The translations under genes and the position numbers were made by a program. Under the pieces are notes generated by a model. That model did no database searches and had not been told where the DNA came from. It saw only the letters and a program-made list of their open reading frames with translations. 64,000 bases of DNA, from the NCBI GenBank assembly GCA_026023565.1, contig JAPETS010000039.1:186001-250000 (forward strand), written 5' to 3'. Source of the DNA: Cirrosporium novae-zelandiae (taxonomy: Eukaryota). This document shows positions 1 through 13,675 of the stretch, piece by piece. Each line of letters starts with the position of its first letter. Positions within the stretch are counted from its first letter, which is position 1.

Positions 1-2876
1 TAGGAGGTGACTAAAACATGAAATTCCGAGGACTGAGTATAAGTTATATGCTTACGGTCCCAAAACTTCCGAAGAGTCTTTCGATCCTTTGCATTACCCC
101 AGTAAGGAAGTACTTTCAAGTCAGGAACGAATTTGGTAATTTCCTGTTGCCAATTGTGCAATGTAGACGCTGGGGCAATGACTAAGAAAGGACCCCAGAT
201 GTTGTGTTTCTCTGCAAGATAAGCCATGACGGATATTGATTGAACTGTTTTCCCGAGACCCATTTCATCGGCAAGGATACCATTAATGCCTTGCTCGTAA
301 AGATTAACAAGCCAGTTGAGACCTTTAAGCTGGTACTCCTTCAACTGGGCGGTCAGCATCTTGGGTTGCTCGACATCCATATCACCCAAACTCGTAGGAT
401 TCTGGAAGTTCATCTCCCCCTCATCAAATTGAGCCATTTTGTTCTCCTCTTCGCCGTTAAATGCCCTGGCCCTGTCTTGGGCCTGCTGTACAGCTTGCTG
501 AGCATTTGCCATTGCAGCCTCCTTAAGCGCTGTTTCATCTTCGGCATCAAAGTCAAGGTCTTCAAAATTAGTGACTTTGGTTCCGGGCTTAACACTGTCA
601 GGCAGGGTAACGGTATGCGCGGCAGGTTTTGTGGTAATTTTTTCATGAGTAGCAGCCGAGACGCTGTCTGTAGACCTTTCTACCTCGTCAGTTTTGATCT
701 TACGTCCAATAAAATGGGAATATAGCTCGGTTTGCGAGATTAAGAAGTTCAGCTTCCTCTTCTGCCGATTGGCTTCACGATCAGCTTCAGCCTTCTTCGC
801 GTTCTCGAGTTCTTGCTTCTCAGCTAAGCGACGCAGATCCCGCTCTTCTCTCTCATTGCGTTTCCAGAAAGACATCATCTCTCGCATAGTCCTCTTGGCA
901 CGCGCTTGAATTTCTTTGACACTCTTGTTTGTCTTGAGTTGCCATCTTCGAGCTTCCTTTGAGGCGAGTTGGGCAGTCTTTCGCAAATTAGATGTCCTAA
1001 CCGTGGTAGAATTATCCTTAACGCGGGCAACTTTGGGGATGTCTTTCCGAGCAAGATCTCTCCAGATTTGGTCATAAATCTGATTGTATCCCTTGGAAGT
1101 GTAATTGACCACATTCGCTGCCGGTGCTGGAGAAGGTTCGCTAGGTTCAGGCTCTACTGGTTCCTTTAGTTCTTTTGGCTCCTTCTTCACTACCTCCTTC
1201 TCCTTTGGAGCTTCTTCTTTCGGAGCAATATGGACAAGGTCATCTGTGGTACCTGCACGTTCCATAGCGGCATAAGCGGCAGCGGCTCTATCCTTTTCAC
1301 TTTGCTTCTTCTCTTTCGATTTCTTGGGTCTGGTGCTAGTGGTTTGCCTTCCAGATTTCCTCCTATTAGGTTCCGGAGTAGCGTGGCCATCCATGTGAAA
1401 TGAGCTCATCGTGCCTCCTTCTAGGTTCGGTGCTAGTGGGGTTACCTCACGAATCTCTTCAGGAGCGTCGCCTCGGTCAAGAATCTTTTGAGTATTTCTA
1501 GCCTTCTTCTGCGCCTTGGAAGCTTCCTTCAAGAATCTTTCACGCTCCGCTTCATCCTCACATTGTTGTGCTTTCTCTAGAGCTTCTTTCTCCTTTTGTG
1601 TCTCTTTGTGAACAGTGGCCTCACGACGTCGTTTCCGTTGCATGTCTTTCTTGCGTTCTCTATCGGCAAGAAGATCCTTCTTTTGTACTTCTAGTTGAGC
1701 AGCTTGTTCAAGACGCTGACGGAAGAGGGTCTTTGTACCACGCTTCCTAAACTCTTGGCTGAACTGAGTCGCGTAGGCAATTCGCCGGCGCTATTTCAAG
1801 TCAACAATTAAAATAGACAAGTAGGTTTCGTCGTGCAACACATACCTTTCGTTTCCCAGCCTCGCTCGCTTGAATTTCAAGTTCGCGCTTCTTACTCTTC
1901 GATTGGTAGGCTTTGCGCTCATCCTCGAACTTAGGAGAATCGACATCGCTAAGCTCCATGACATCAATTCGAGCCATGGCTTTTGAAACCTTCTCTTTCT
2001 CCCTTTCAGATAACATAGTCCGCTGTTTGACAGGAGCATCCCTCTTCACAACTTCTGGTTCAGGAGCTTCGTTCTCTTCAGGTTTAACATCAGGAACACG
2101 TACAGGTGCAGGTGTTACAGGATCCTCTTTGGTGGATCGAGAAGACTTTGTATCCATAGACGGAGCCTCTAGTATTTTGGATACATTTGAAGATTTTCTT
2201 GTTTGTCGGGGGGTTGACTGGGCGCGTGGAGTTGGTTCCGAGGATTCGGTCGGGCCCGACAAGATGCTGGCAAAAGACATCGGGTTTGAAGCTCGGGATG
2301 GTTTCTATAGAAATTAGTTGGTTGTATTATAGATAAAAATGTGATATATACCTCTTGAGTAGGAGGATCCATTGGTTTTGTTTGGTATGCACCGCTGTCG
2401 TATCGGACTGCGGGAGATGCAGCAGTACGCTGTATTGGTGACTGTGGAACCGAATCCTGACGATATAAGGGATGGGCATGTGTTTGAGGCGAATCGTGAT
2501 AATTCCGAGAAGGAGGTGGCGGAGGTGCCGGCTTGAGAGGTAAGAGTTGGGGGTGGCTATTTCGATGTAGCTGGTAAGGAGATGTCCCGCCAGGGGAATA
2601 CTGAGATGGCAAATCTGTCGCAGATGCTCCTCCGTTGATAGAAGGAAAGGTGGTGTTTAGTGGTGAAGGCTGTTGATGGAAACGAGGACTTTGAGGAGGA
2701 CCTGGTGGAAGAGGTAGAGGAGCTGGGGGTGATTGACGAGGCTGATATTGGTCATGGTTAAGGATGGGTCGGGGATGTGAGGAGTGTGTGGGTGAATAGG
2801 TGATGAATTGCGATGATTGCGTTGGCGAGTGTGCTGAATAGGGTGGCATGTGGTGTTGCGAGTTGACCCCCGACAT
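1..2876 (-). CDS. INO80: INO80 chromatin-remodelling ATPase, 5' part (continues beyond the window start); introns 2305-2351, 1791-1845, 11-55
   Basis: The spliced translation has a Pro/Gln-rich N-terminus, a charged DBINO-like region, then SNF2 motifs [53 protein letters not shown] introns keep the frame. Confidence 0.95.
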
Positions 2877-3771
2877 TTTCTATTGTTCGTCTACCCAGCC
2901 CGTTTTATTGCCCGAATAGTTTCACCAAAACTTTGAACTTCAACAGGGCACAATCAAGTTGCCCACTTCAAGGAAAATACCGTCGCAAGACACAAACTGC
3001 CATCGAACTCTTGCTGTTGCAAATAATTTGCCAAAGCGTAGCTGGGGCGACGTGTGTGATCTGCTCGCGGATCAGATGGAATGGTAAATTGAAGGCTGGT
3101 AATGCATAAATAGTGTCTTGATGATTCTCCGTGATGGTGGTTTAATCGTGTCGTGATGGATGGGGCGGCTGGAGGGCAAAGGGATTGATGATGGCGAAAC
3201 AGCTTCAATGTCTCAAAGGGGTCTTATCTCTTATTCAAAGGTAAATGTGACCCGCTTTCAGCTGAGTGATGTTTGTAGACAACGTTATAGGGATGATAGC
3301 AAGTTGGGAGGATGGGGGAGAATATGGTAATAGAAATCGAAGTCGACGATGACGAAGAGGATGAATGGAGTTGATGAATTTGAAGGAAGATGAGGTTGAC
3401 GGGGTGTGTTGGCCGTCCATAATTAACTTAAGCGGCGACTCTCAATTCTCTCTTGTTGCTTTCGCATGGTACAGTGACGAGCTCTGGTATATGATTTCCT
3501 ATCTCATTCCTGATTGGCCAAAACCCTGTAGTGGTCTACGCCCATGCAGTTTCGGTCATTATATTTTTCCCTTTTCCATTTACTTATTCATGTTTTACTC
3601 AGCTATTAGTTACCTTGTGAAATTGTCCTGTTGATTTAAACATTTCCTTTGAATTATTTTTCTGTTAATTGTTTTGGTCAGAGAGAGAGAGATGAAGTTT
3701 TTTTAGATTTTTTGATGGGGCGGGTAATTTAGTAGTCGTGCGCACACGTCCCTCCCCTCCCCTTGGTTTGC

Positions 3772-3802
3772 TTGGTTGATTTGGTTGATTTGGTTGATTT
3801 GG
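3772..3802. repeat. Tandem repeat (TTGGTTGAT)x3.4 upstream of INO80
   Basis: Three exact 9-bp copies plus a partial copy, read directly. Confidence 0.8.
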
Positions 3803-4383
3803 TCCTTTTGGGTGCTCTTGCTTAGGAAACTCCGTCACTTCTCACTTTTTCTCACTTCATTCCTTGGTGGTCCAGTTTCCTTCTCCTTGCAAGCCTTTTT
3901 TTTTTCACTTTTTCGCTTTTTTTACGCTTTTCCTTTCGCCTGTTACCATCCATAATCCCTGTGTTTACCTTTACCACTAACCCCCTTTTACGCTGAACTA
4001 AACTGAATCATCCAAATCCACCAACTTTCCCTCAGCTTCGTCTGCCAAGAAATCCATAAAATCCTCAATTCCCTTCCCGTTATCAGCTATTTCGTATCGC
4101 CTCACCCTTGCTTATGGTAACCATTCCGAGTCTATTATTGCCCATTATTGCCCGTTATTGCACATCCTCTCCTGATACATTAATAAACCAACTACAAAGT
4201 ACATGTTCCAAGTCTACCAGCTTCCAATGATAATACATCTATTGAAGTCTACACTGAACACTAAGGTCCTGTCATCCAGCTCGTGGTATTTTATCCCTAC
4301 CCCAATGCGCCCGTCGAAAGACCATCTAGCAAATTAAAAAAATATTTCAACTCTAGCGATATGCTATCTCATCGGCCAAACAA

Positions 4384-6657
4384 TCATTGCCGAGGAGGCG
4401 CCTTTCCGCTGCCCTCGCTCTGATCAAGTAGCAATCGAGGTTTAATAAAATTCTCGTCAATCCGTTTCAGCAACGCTGCTTGTTCATCTGATGTTCCTGT
4501 CCAAAGCTGACCAATTGCTTCTCTCGCCGTCAGCTGTGCTCTCTCATCCTCCAAGACAGGAGCAGACGCTGCTGATGATGATGGTATGGCAGAGTTTCTG
4601 GGAGGCGACGGCCTTCTCTTCGGAGACCGTCGACTATTTGCTGCTGGCGGTAATCCTTCGTCAGAGAATGTATCGTCATCGCTCTGTGGACTGTTGGCCT
4701 GACCCAAGAGACCTTCTGTAACGTCCTTTCCTTTTAGACTTAATGCAGAATTCTTTCGAGCAGCTACCCCACGCTGTGGCGTGCCTCTACCGCTCGAGTA
4801 GCTGTGAGGACGACCATGTGGAGCTCCATTGGTATGAATATCCACCGAATCAAGGGCAACGGAATCGCTCCTTGTAGGTGTATACCCAACACCAGTTGCA
4901 TTGCGCTTATAATAAGTGCCCCCATTCGCTGTCTCAATATCAAACTCATCATCAGAGTCGATTTCTTCCACCACTCCAGTGCGAATTTGGAGAATCTCCA
5001 GCATCCGTGCAGTGGTTCCACCAAAGATAATGACAGTCAAGACCACCGTCACAAGCACTGTTGCTTGGAGAGCTCTTCCATTTGTTCCTGTCAAACCGGC
5101 AGATAACGCAACTCCAACAGCACCTCTAAGTCCTGCCCAGAAAAGCATGATTTGCCATGAGATTGGCAACTCGTCTGCTGCTATTTCTCTCCCACGCCGT
5201 CTGGCTCGCAAGCGAATGACCCAATTGATCGCTCTAGAGAGTGGAAAGACCGCCAAAAATCTTGCAAAACATATGCCAATGAGAGTGGCAAAGATGAACA
5301 AGGGTCTGAATTCAATATTTTCATCGGTGAAAAGCGTCAAACCGAGGTAGATGAAAATAAAGTTCTCAGAAAGTTGAGCCAATACCTGGAAAAGATATTT
5401 TGTCGTAAGCTGTGTTCTCCTGGACATATTATAATAGGCGTAGTGTTTAAGGGTTATCCCGCAGAACAGAAGAGACACAATACCTATATCATTATCAGAA
5501 GAGTGCTTAAAAGTTAAGATTTGAGGATAGCAGAAAAATGCATACCGGACATGTGTATCGCATTTGAAAAAAAGTAGCTAGCATAGGCAATCAATATCAC
5601 CAAGCAGCTTTCTATCTTAGGGAAGCGTCGTACAAGTGTATGTTTCAGAGTCAAGGCAGTAATGATCCCAATTATAACTCCGATTATAAGACTTCCGAAG
5701 AATACAATCAAGAAAATTCCAATAGCTTCAAACAAGCTTATAATACTCAAAGAATCTCCACCTGCTGAGCCCGGCTTGTATCTCTGAGCTGTCTCAAAAA
5801 GCACAATTGCAATAGCGTCATTCAGAATCGATTCTCCAAAGATGACCGTATAGAGCTTTGGGTCGACCTTATAGGCATTGAAAATGGCCAGGATTGTAAT
5901 TGGATCAGTCGCAGAGAGCGTAGCCCCAACTGAAAAAGCCTCGATAAAGCTTATTCTGAAGCCATCTAGTGGTATAAGTGTCCAAACCCATAACCATAAT
6001 CCAAGGACGATAGTAGTGATAAAAGTGCCGGCAAAGGCAAACGTTAATATGGATCCGATATTTCGAAAGAAATTGGCCTGTCTAAACTGTCAACACCATT
6101 CCAACACGTGCATGGCTTGAGCTTTGGGTGTACCTGATGAAGTTCATATCCCGAGGCCAATATAATAGGAGGAAGTAGGAGGTTAAAGAAGAATTGATAA
6201 TCGAAGCTGACAGCATCTCGGATAGATCTAACTGCGGCGAGTCGTATAATGAGACCTATGGCCATTCCTGCAAATTCCATCAATATCTTGCTCATCAGAA
6301 GCTATTAGTTACTTCAGGAAACCTACCACCAAAGATGGATATGACCGTTTCGTGTACTGCCTGAACTTTCTTTTGCTGGAGCATATAGCTCGCGAACAGA
6401 GCTGCAATCAGCAGCATAATTAAGATAAAAAGGGCCCATGATGTAAATATCTCTTTCTGGCCAGCCTCGGGTTCTATGGATATGGATTAGAATCGTGGTG
6501 GATAGAAAGCTGTTGGATAGGGATTAACAGACCATCCGGGTCCGCATCTTCAACCTCTCGTCCTACAAAGATATTAGTATAATTTTCTGTTGGTATAGCT
6601 AGGGCGCATCGTACTTAGTATTTCAAAAACAGTCGAACCAATAGAAGAAGCCATCAT
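4384..6657 (-). CDS. NHX1: Endosomal Na+(K+)/H+ exchanger, CPA1 family, multi-exon
   Basis: Motifs FFNLLLPPIILASGYELHQ, SATDPITILAIF, IFGESILNDA, QLSENFIFIYLG and LFWAGLRGAVGVAL; several short GT-AG introns. Start is ATG at 6657 or 6654. Confidence 0.93.
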
Positions 6658-8325
6658 TCAAGCTTTCAGAGTCGCAATCAATAAAAATGTATTCAGCGGG
6701 AGCTTCGTGAGGCGTGCACGGAGCACCGCCGCTATCTAGGGAACATGCAGTCGCGGTGAAAATCTCACAAATGTGTCTTGTGGTAATATAATGGTTAAGC
6801 TGCAGGTAGGCTTGTGATAAAGTAGTATGGGTCTTTTGACAGCTGGTGATCCTTTAGGGGTCCTGTAAAGGCGTGGGGTGTTGAAAGGGTTGAGGAAATG
6901 TACTTTTAGAGTGGTACAAGCAAGGTGTTCTTGGATTTGTATCTGTAGAGGTAGAGACTCGGAGTAGTTTAACCACCGATGGGATAGACATAGGATCATA
7001 ATTACGATACCAATACACAAACCATGACCTTATGCGGAGACGGATACATGTATTTTATCATCCGAAAACCCATTATGCAGTACACAGTAAAAAGCACTTG
7101 ATCTGCAGGCTTCATCTAGTCCTCGGTTTGGTTTGGTTTGTTACCCCATTTTTGGCTGACTGTTATTGGGGGCCTTATTTTGGGGTTTTATTGATATTGA
7201 GATGCCCAAACCTAGAGGCGATTATTCATGGATACATAATAGTCTATGACTTTTAGAGTCCCTCCACAGAATCGTATCCGATAAGAAAAACATAGACTCA
7301 CACACACAAATACCTAAAAATCTCCAGTTAGATGTAGTTACGTTCTAATTAACGTCTCAAGTAAAAGAGGTCCAAAAGCCACCCCACCACTATAGGCTTG
7401 CATGTTAATGATGGATGGATGAGCATATTGTATTATACCATAGGGTAATGATAATATTTGTAAAAAAGGGTCTTCCAATGTATTACCGAGTCATGACAAG
7501 CCCCTGGTCTTTTCCTTGTTCTGGCGTGCCAACAACCCCCCCGTACCCCCCCATAGGACTGCAGGGGACCGCCAACTTTCATTCAAGAGATCCGACTTCT
7601 TCCCTCACTAAGACTCCTCCATTCATCCCGAATTTGCTTACCTTTTAACACAGTAGAATCAACCATTTTTATAATTTTCTCAGTTACGTCTTTTAAGTTT
7701 AAAGACAGTTTACGTTCCAACTATTCGACTGTACTAAAATAAGTCGTCTTTTGAGTGCAAAGCCAACCGTTCGCAATTACCCCAGTTTCTCCGCAACAGT
7801 CCCACCATCTAGGGAGGATCTTGCTTCGTACCTGAGTCTGACACAAGAGCCGGAAAAATCGAGTCCTTTTAATCGAGTCCTTTTATCATTTATCATTCTC
7901 CTAACGAATTACTTCTATATATCATTTTGCATCCAACATCCCTCGTTTACGTATTTGATAATTTTTGGAATTATCCTTCATTGTCACCGCTAGAAACTAG
8001 AATTGCTCCGCCATTTCGGTTACTGTCAGCAAAAAAAAAAACTCGCCCCCTCTATACGCCAAGGTGCTCGCATGACCAGCTTCGGCCACGAGCTAAAGTG
8101 AATGACTGGCTGACAGCTGCTATATTTGATTCCTATACGACTTTTAAGGAAATATCACTTCTAGATACTCCTGTCCTCTCCTTGGATCCACTTCCCTGCC
8201 TTCACATACTCCCTTCGAAACATATACAGCGTAGAGGTAGACCTCTGCGCCCATCTATGATTCAACTAATCCTCAGACCTCCGTAACATCACAAAGTGAA
8301 TAATATCTCTTGCATTCTTTTACCA

Positions 8326-10524
8326 ATGGCTTACGACGACGACAATGAGCCCAAACCTCGCGAGTTTAGTGAGAATACCTCTCCATCTCCTCCCCATCCT
8401 CCAGATCAATCCGATGGATCATCACCTAAACCAGTTCGTCATTCCGCAGTACTCGCCCGCGCTCGTGCCTCTGAGGAAACCAATGAACAGTCACCACTGC
8501 TAGCAGCAGCTCGAAGTAAGGACCGTGAAGACGAAGATGTCAATTCCATTGAACATTTATCACCAGGGACCCCTCGAGATAGCATAGAATATAGTGACAA
8601 TGATAGACGAGAGTCAAAAAGTTCATGGTACCTCTTTTTGCTGACGTTAAGTATTGGAGGGTAAGGACACTGCTATCTATAGCTCGATCATGATTGGTAC
8701 CAGCACTAATACATTACAGGTTACAAATAGTGTGGTCAGTGGAGATGTCAAATGGATCTCCCTATCTTCTCTCTCTCGGGATGAATAAATCCCTTCTTGC
8801 ATTTGTGTGGATAGCAGGTCCATTGTCAGGAACTTTAGTGCAACCATATGTCGGAATAAGAAGTGATAATTGCCGGATTTCATGGGGCAAGAGGAAACCA
8901 TTCATGATAGCAGGAGGGGCTGCAACAATAATAGCGTTAATGGCATTGGCATGGACAAGGGAAATAATGGGAGGCATATGTGGAATCTTTGGCGCTTCTC
9001 CAGATTCACATGTTGTTAAAGTCTCTGCCATTGTGTTTGCTACTATTTTTATGTACACTTTGGATTTTGCTATCAATACAGGTGAGCTGATGCAAATGGA
9101 GCAGAGAATATCCTACCATCAGTCACTTTACTAACACTCCCATTACAGTCCAAGCAGGCATAAGAGCGTTTATCGTTGATAACGCCCCCTCCCATCAACA
9201 AGAAGACGCCAATGCCTGGGCAGGCCGTCTCACAGGTATAGGCAATGTTATGGGCTACCTGTCCGGTTATGTGGATCTCCCCAAATCCATGCCTTTCTTT
9301 GGGAATACTCAATTTAAGGTGCTTTGTGTAATCGCCTCCATTTCGCTCTTAATAACTCTGCTCGTCTCTACCCTCTATATCAAGGAGCGAGATCCTCGTC
9401 TAGAGGGGCCTCCACCGCCGAATAGCGGGATTATTTCTCTCTTCAAACCAATATATAATAGTGCGAGACGCATGCCGCGTCAAATCAAAGCCGTCTGTCT
9501 TGTCCAACTCTTCAACTGGATCGGCTGGTTCCCTTTTATGTTCTACATCACCACCTATATTGGCCAGCTCTACGTCAATCCGATTTTCGAGTCTCATCCA
9601 CAAATGTCCGACGCTGACATCAATGCTGTCTGGGAGCAGGCTACTCGGATGGGAACCTTTGCACTCCTCATTTTCGCCATTGTCTCCTTACTCTTCAACG
9701 TCCTCCTCCCGTTCGTTGTTGTCCCCTCATACAAGCCGCCGCCCCAGCTCACTCATGCTGCACTGCGAAGAAATAGCTCGCACATCTCAATTCCTCGCAC
9801 ACCTACCACGCCAGGCACACTTTCGACTTCCATGACCGATTACTTCAGCCAACCCCACCAGTCCTCATCCACTGGTATTCAGGGCCTTCTTCTCCGCCTC
9901 CGAATTCCTGGCCTCACACTCCGGCGGGCTTGGCTATTGAGTCATATCCTATTCGCGGCTTGCATGTGGAGTACAATATTTGTTAGTACCACACGACAAG
10001 CCACCATGCTTACAGCGATAGTTGGGATATGCTGGGCACTTACGTTGTGGGCTCCCTTTGCGCTCATCTCAGCCGAAATTTCCAAGCGGGATGAGGAGCG
10101 ACAAATAAATGCGGCTAGAGTAAGACGATTCCGTCCAGAACGTCGACCACGTAGCCGCTCTCACACTCCAGTTGCTTCTAATTCAGAATCAAATCCTTAT
10201 TACACCCAAGTGTCCACCCAGGATAACTCGAATGCCAATGACGATGACGCCTTATCAACCTTGTCTGGAGAGGAGAATGACGCTTCTGACCAGGCTGGTA
10301 TTATTCTGGGGTTACATAATGTCGCTATTGCGGCACCGCAGGTCATCGCCACGCTCATCTCTTCTGTCGTGTTTAGATATCTCCAGAAACCCAGAGGAAC
10401 CCCGGGCGATGATTCGGTCGGATGGGTGTTGAGAATTGGTGGAATTTCTGCATTGATAGCAGCATATATGTGCACAAGAGTTGGAGATGGCGACGAAGAT
10501 AGATTAGAGGGTGAAAATGTGTAA
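8326..10524 (+). CDS. Sucrose/alpha-glucoside permease (GPH/SUT, Sut1-like MFS); introns ~8661-8719 and ~9082-9148
   Basis: Motifs GGLQIVWSVEMSNGSPYLLSLG, WIAGPLSGTLVQPYVGIRSD, DFAINTVQAGIRAFIVD, QLFNWIGWFPF and GLHNVAIAAPQ are typical of fungal Sut1-like transporters. Confidence 0.9.
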
Positions 10525-11583
10525 TTGGATGTGGACTGGGAGTCTGTTTTAGAATTTTAGAGATTGCATCAGGAACTGGAAATACATGGGATGGAATTTG
10601 GAACCGAGTTCGCTCAATCATTTCGATAGTGAACTCCTAGGGTAATCCTAGGTTGGAAATTGGCTTTGCATCATTCAGAAGGCTGAAGGACTAGCAAGAT
10701 GAGTCCTTTGGGAACATGGATCTGGATGACGACTCTGGCGTACTGGGATAGCATGAAACGATCTTTGATGCCTCATACTACAGTGGGTAGAGGTTTGTCT
10801 TATCAATGGGATATACTTTTGGTCTTATACATATACTGTATAACTATATGTTGTGTATATATTCTATTGTTCTGTTTGAAGGTTATGAGTTGCCAAGTTG
10901 TCAGTTGCCAGACAGGCCTCGCTCCATTCGGTTCGGACCGCTTCGCTTAAGCAAGGCACGGGGGCTGAAGAAACTTAGGACCGATGCCCAATACAGACTC
11001 TTCATCCAGACTTTGACTTTCCTTCAATGAACAAGGGAAGCTGACATCTTCCAACCACAAGATCGACAAGACCATTATTGTGTTACACTTCAAAGAATCA
11101 AGATCCGTCATCATCTTAGTATGTGACGGTGTTTTCCTTGCCTGCAAAAGAGACACGACTTCTGGTGGTCAGCTACATAACTGATTTGTTCTAAGATGAA
11201 AGGGACGCCAGGCCGCGCAATTCTGACCCACCAATAGTCACTGGAGAATCCCTCCTTCAGACCTACTTCCCTGTGGGGGGGGGGGAGCTGACAGAGATAG
11301 TCATGATAAGTCTCGCCGTTTGAAGATGATGTAGTCAATGTGCCTTGATTTCCTTGATTAGATATGATTTATAAACACTACTAACAGTATAGGAGAATAT
11401 GGCAAAAACTTTAATTGCTTGCTTGTCGTTTGTTCATATAACAAGGTATATAAGGACCAGGTATTTCTCATTCCTCGAGACTTGTATACCTCGTGATTCA
11501 TACATCTGCTTGATTTAACCACCTGCTCCTCACTCTCACCCCTTCCTCTTTGCAGTGTAGTCTAGTATCTCACTCTCAACATC

Positions 11584-12309
11584 ATGTTTTTGCCAGTTTT
11601 ATTTGCGGGCTGTGCTCTGGTTTCTTCAGCCCTTGCCAGCGCCCCGGACGGTGCTTTCAGCATATATGCCTATGGCGAAGGCATCAATGGCCTCAAACTT
11701 TTCTATGCTGATTGTGCGTTAACTTACTAAATGTTCATATGGCCGTGGACCACAGACCTAACATTCCATCTTCCTTTCCGTTCTAGCCATTGCATATCTC
11801 GGAAGTGCTTCCCCCACCGGTGCATCTACCGTAACCGACGTCACCTGTAAGTACAAGACAACGACATTTCAACTACTTTCTTCTCTCTTCCTCCTTTTCC
11901 CAAAAACTAGCCCTCCCTTATTAACTTTCCATACCCCCCGCTAGTCACCCAAAATACCAGCACACTCTACGCAACTCCCAGCGACACAACTCTAAACTGG
12001 ACCCTCGATTCAGCCCTCTACGTCCGCCCTAACGCCTCCTATCCACTCCCCATGGGCTTTAGTGCCGCCACCGCTAGCGACACCACTCCCTCTGACGCTG
12101 ATATCATGGGGTTCTACTTCTACGGCAACGAGCTACTCTGGCATTGGAAGGGTCCGTTTTGGGCCGCTGAAACTGACCAAAGTGGATTGTGGATTCTGTA
12201 CTTTGATCCTCTCGACAGTTCTCATGATAATATGACGACGGTTGAGTTGGAGTATACAGCTCCGACGACTATTTCAAAGGAGAGGATGGCGAGGAGGTGG
12301 GCTGCTTGA
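11584..12309 (+). CDS. Small secreted protein (~184 aa), unknown function; introns 11714-11786 and 11847-11944
   Basis: Signal-peptide-like MFLPVLFAGCALVSSALA followed by FSIYAYGEGINGLKLFYAD. Two canonical introns join in frame to ORF 12052-12309. TATA-like tatataa near 11447. Confidence 0.8.
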
Positions 12310-13675
12310 GAGGGTGGAGTGGAGGGAGTTTATTTATATATATACGAGGTGTATCAAAGGCTAATTAGTTAACTTGATTACGCTAATGACGAAGACGGCC
12401 TAAAAGGGGGGAAGGTATATAAGCATAGCATGAAAGAGATGAACGTACATAAGGAAGTACAGAGTACATACACGATATATCATATACCTTACCTACCAAA
12501 TAAAATTTCCAAATTTATTTTATTTCCCATCTATCGATCTTTCAATACCAAAAATTTATTCTATCTGACTTCCTACTACCCTCTTTCCTTCTTACTATCT
12601 AAACTAGACTACAGTACCCTCGTAACCTAGCACGTTATTTTGCTAGTTATTTTCATGGTTATGGGTTATATAGAGAATTATGTATAGTATACTGTTATGC
12701 ACAATGCAATGAATTCAACATATATATATAAAATACTTTGTTAGATAGATGGTCATGTACTAAACCGTCAAAACTAATTAATCAACTATGTATGTTGCCA
12801 ACTTCACCCCTCCCCCCCTCTTTCTACTCTAGAAGCAAAAAAAAGAAAGAAATACAGCTAACTTGAATGGAAAGAGAGGGGGGATTTCTACTATTTAGTT
12901 TTGTTATTACATATACCTACCTAGCCACCATGACCGGCTTAACATATTGTCCACCCCCCTTCCTTAATTGTTAAACATGTACCTTAACTACACAGTAATT
13001 TCCATTCTTGATTCCACTCCCGAGGCCAAGAAAATTTCCGTGGTAAGTTTTCCCCTCACAGGAGTAACAAACAAAACATTGGCAAAGTACTACCTGCCTA
13101 ACACGCACAGACACACACACACTAGAGGAGGCCAGCTCTGATATTATTATTTTGCAGATAATGAGCTCTGGAAGGGAGGCTTCCCGGGGGACGCTTAGGT
13201 AGTAGTGGGCAGTATTTGGAATAACTAGAAAGGATAAAAAGGATACAAATCAATAAAAATAACTATGCGAAATAATGTATGCTGAATGGGCTTTAAAGGA
13301 GAAATAAAAATATCATTAAAGCCAACTTGTTCTGCTGATGATTAGGGACAATAATGAGTTAAATTTGGGTGGTGGTTGTGTTTTGCGTGTTTGCTTGCTT
13401 GTTCTTGTATCTCTGAAACCTTGCACGTCGAGCCCCGCCTGGGGGGTCTGAAAAAGCTATATACAATGTTGACTGTATTGATTTAGGAAGGGGGGAAGAA
13501 CTAAGAATTGGAAACATGAAAGTGGTGGAGGTAGAATTAGATAATTGGTGGATTGATTCGCATTTTTTGAGATGCCAGAATTGTTTATATAATTCCGTAG
13601 AATAATTTTGAATGTATAATAGAGCCAACAAGTAACAAGTGATGAGAACCTTTTGATATAAAACTTAAAAAGATC

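Noticed and set aside
13336..13415. Box C (TGATGA) ... box D (CTGA) snoRNA candidate
   Set aside because: No terminal stem and no recognisable rRNA-complementary guide next to the D box.
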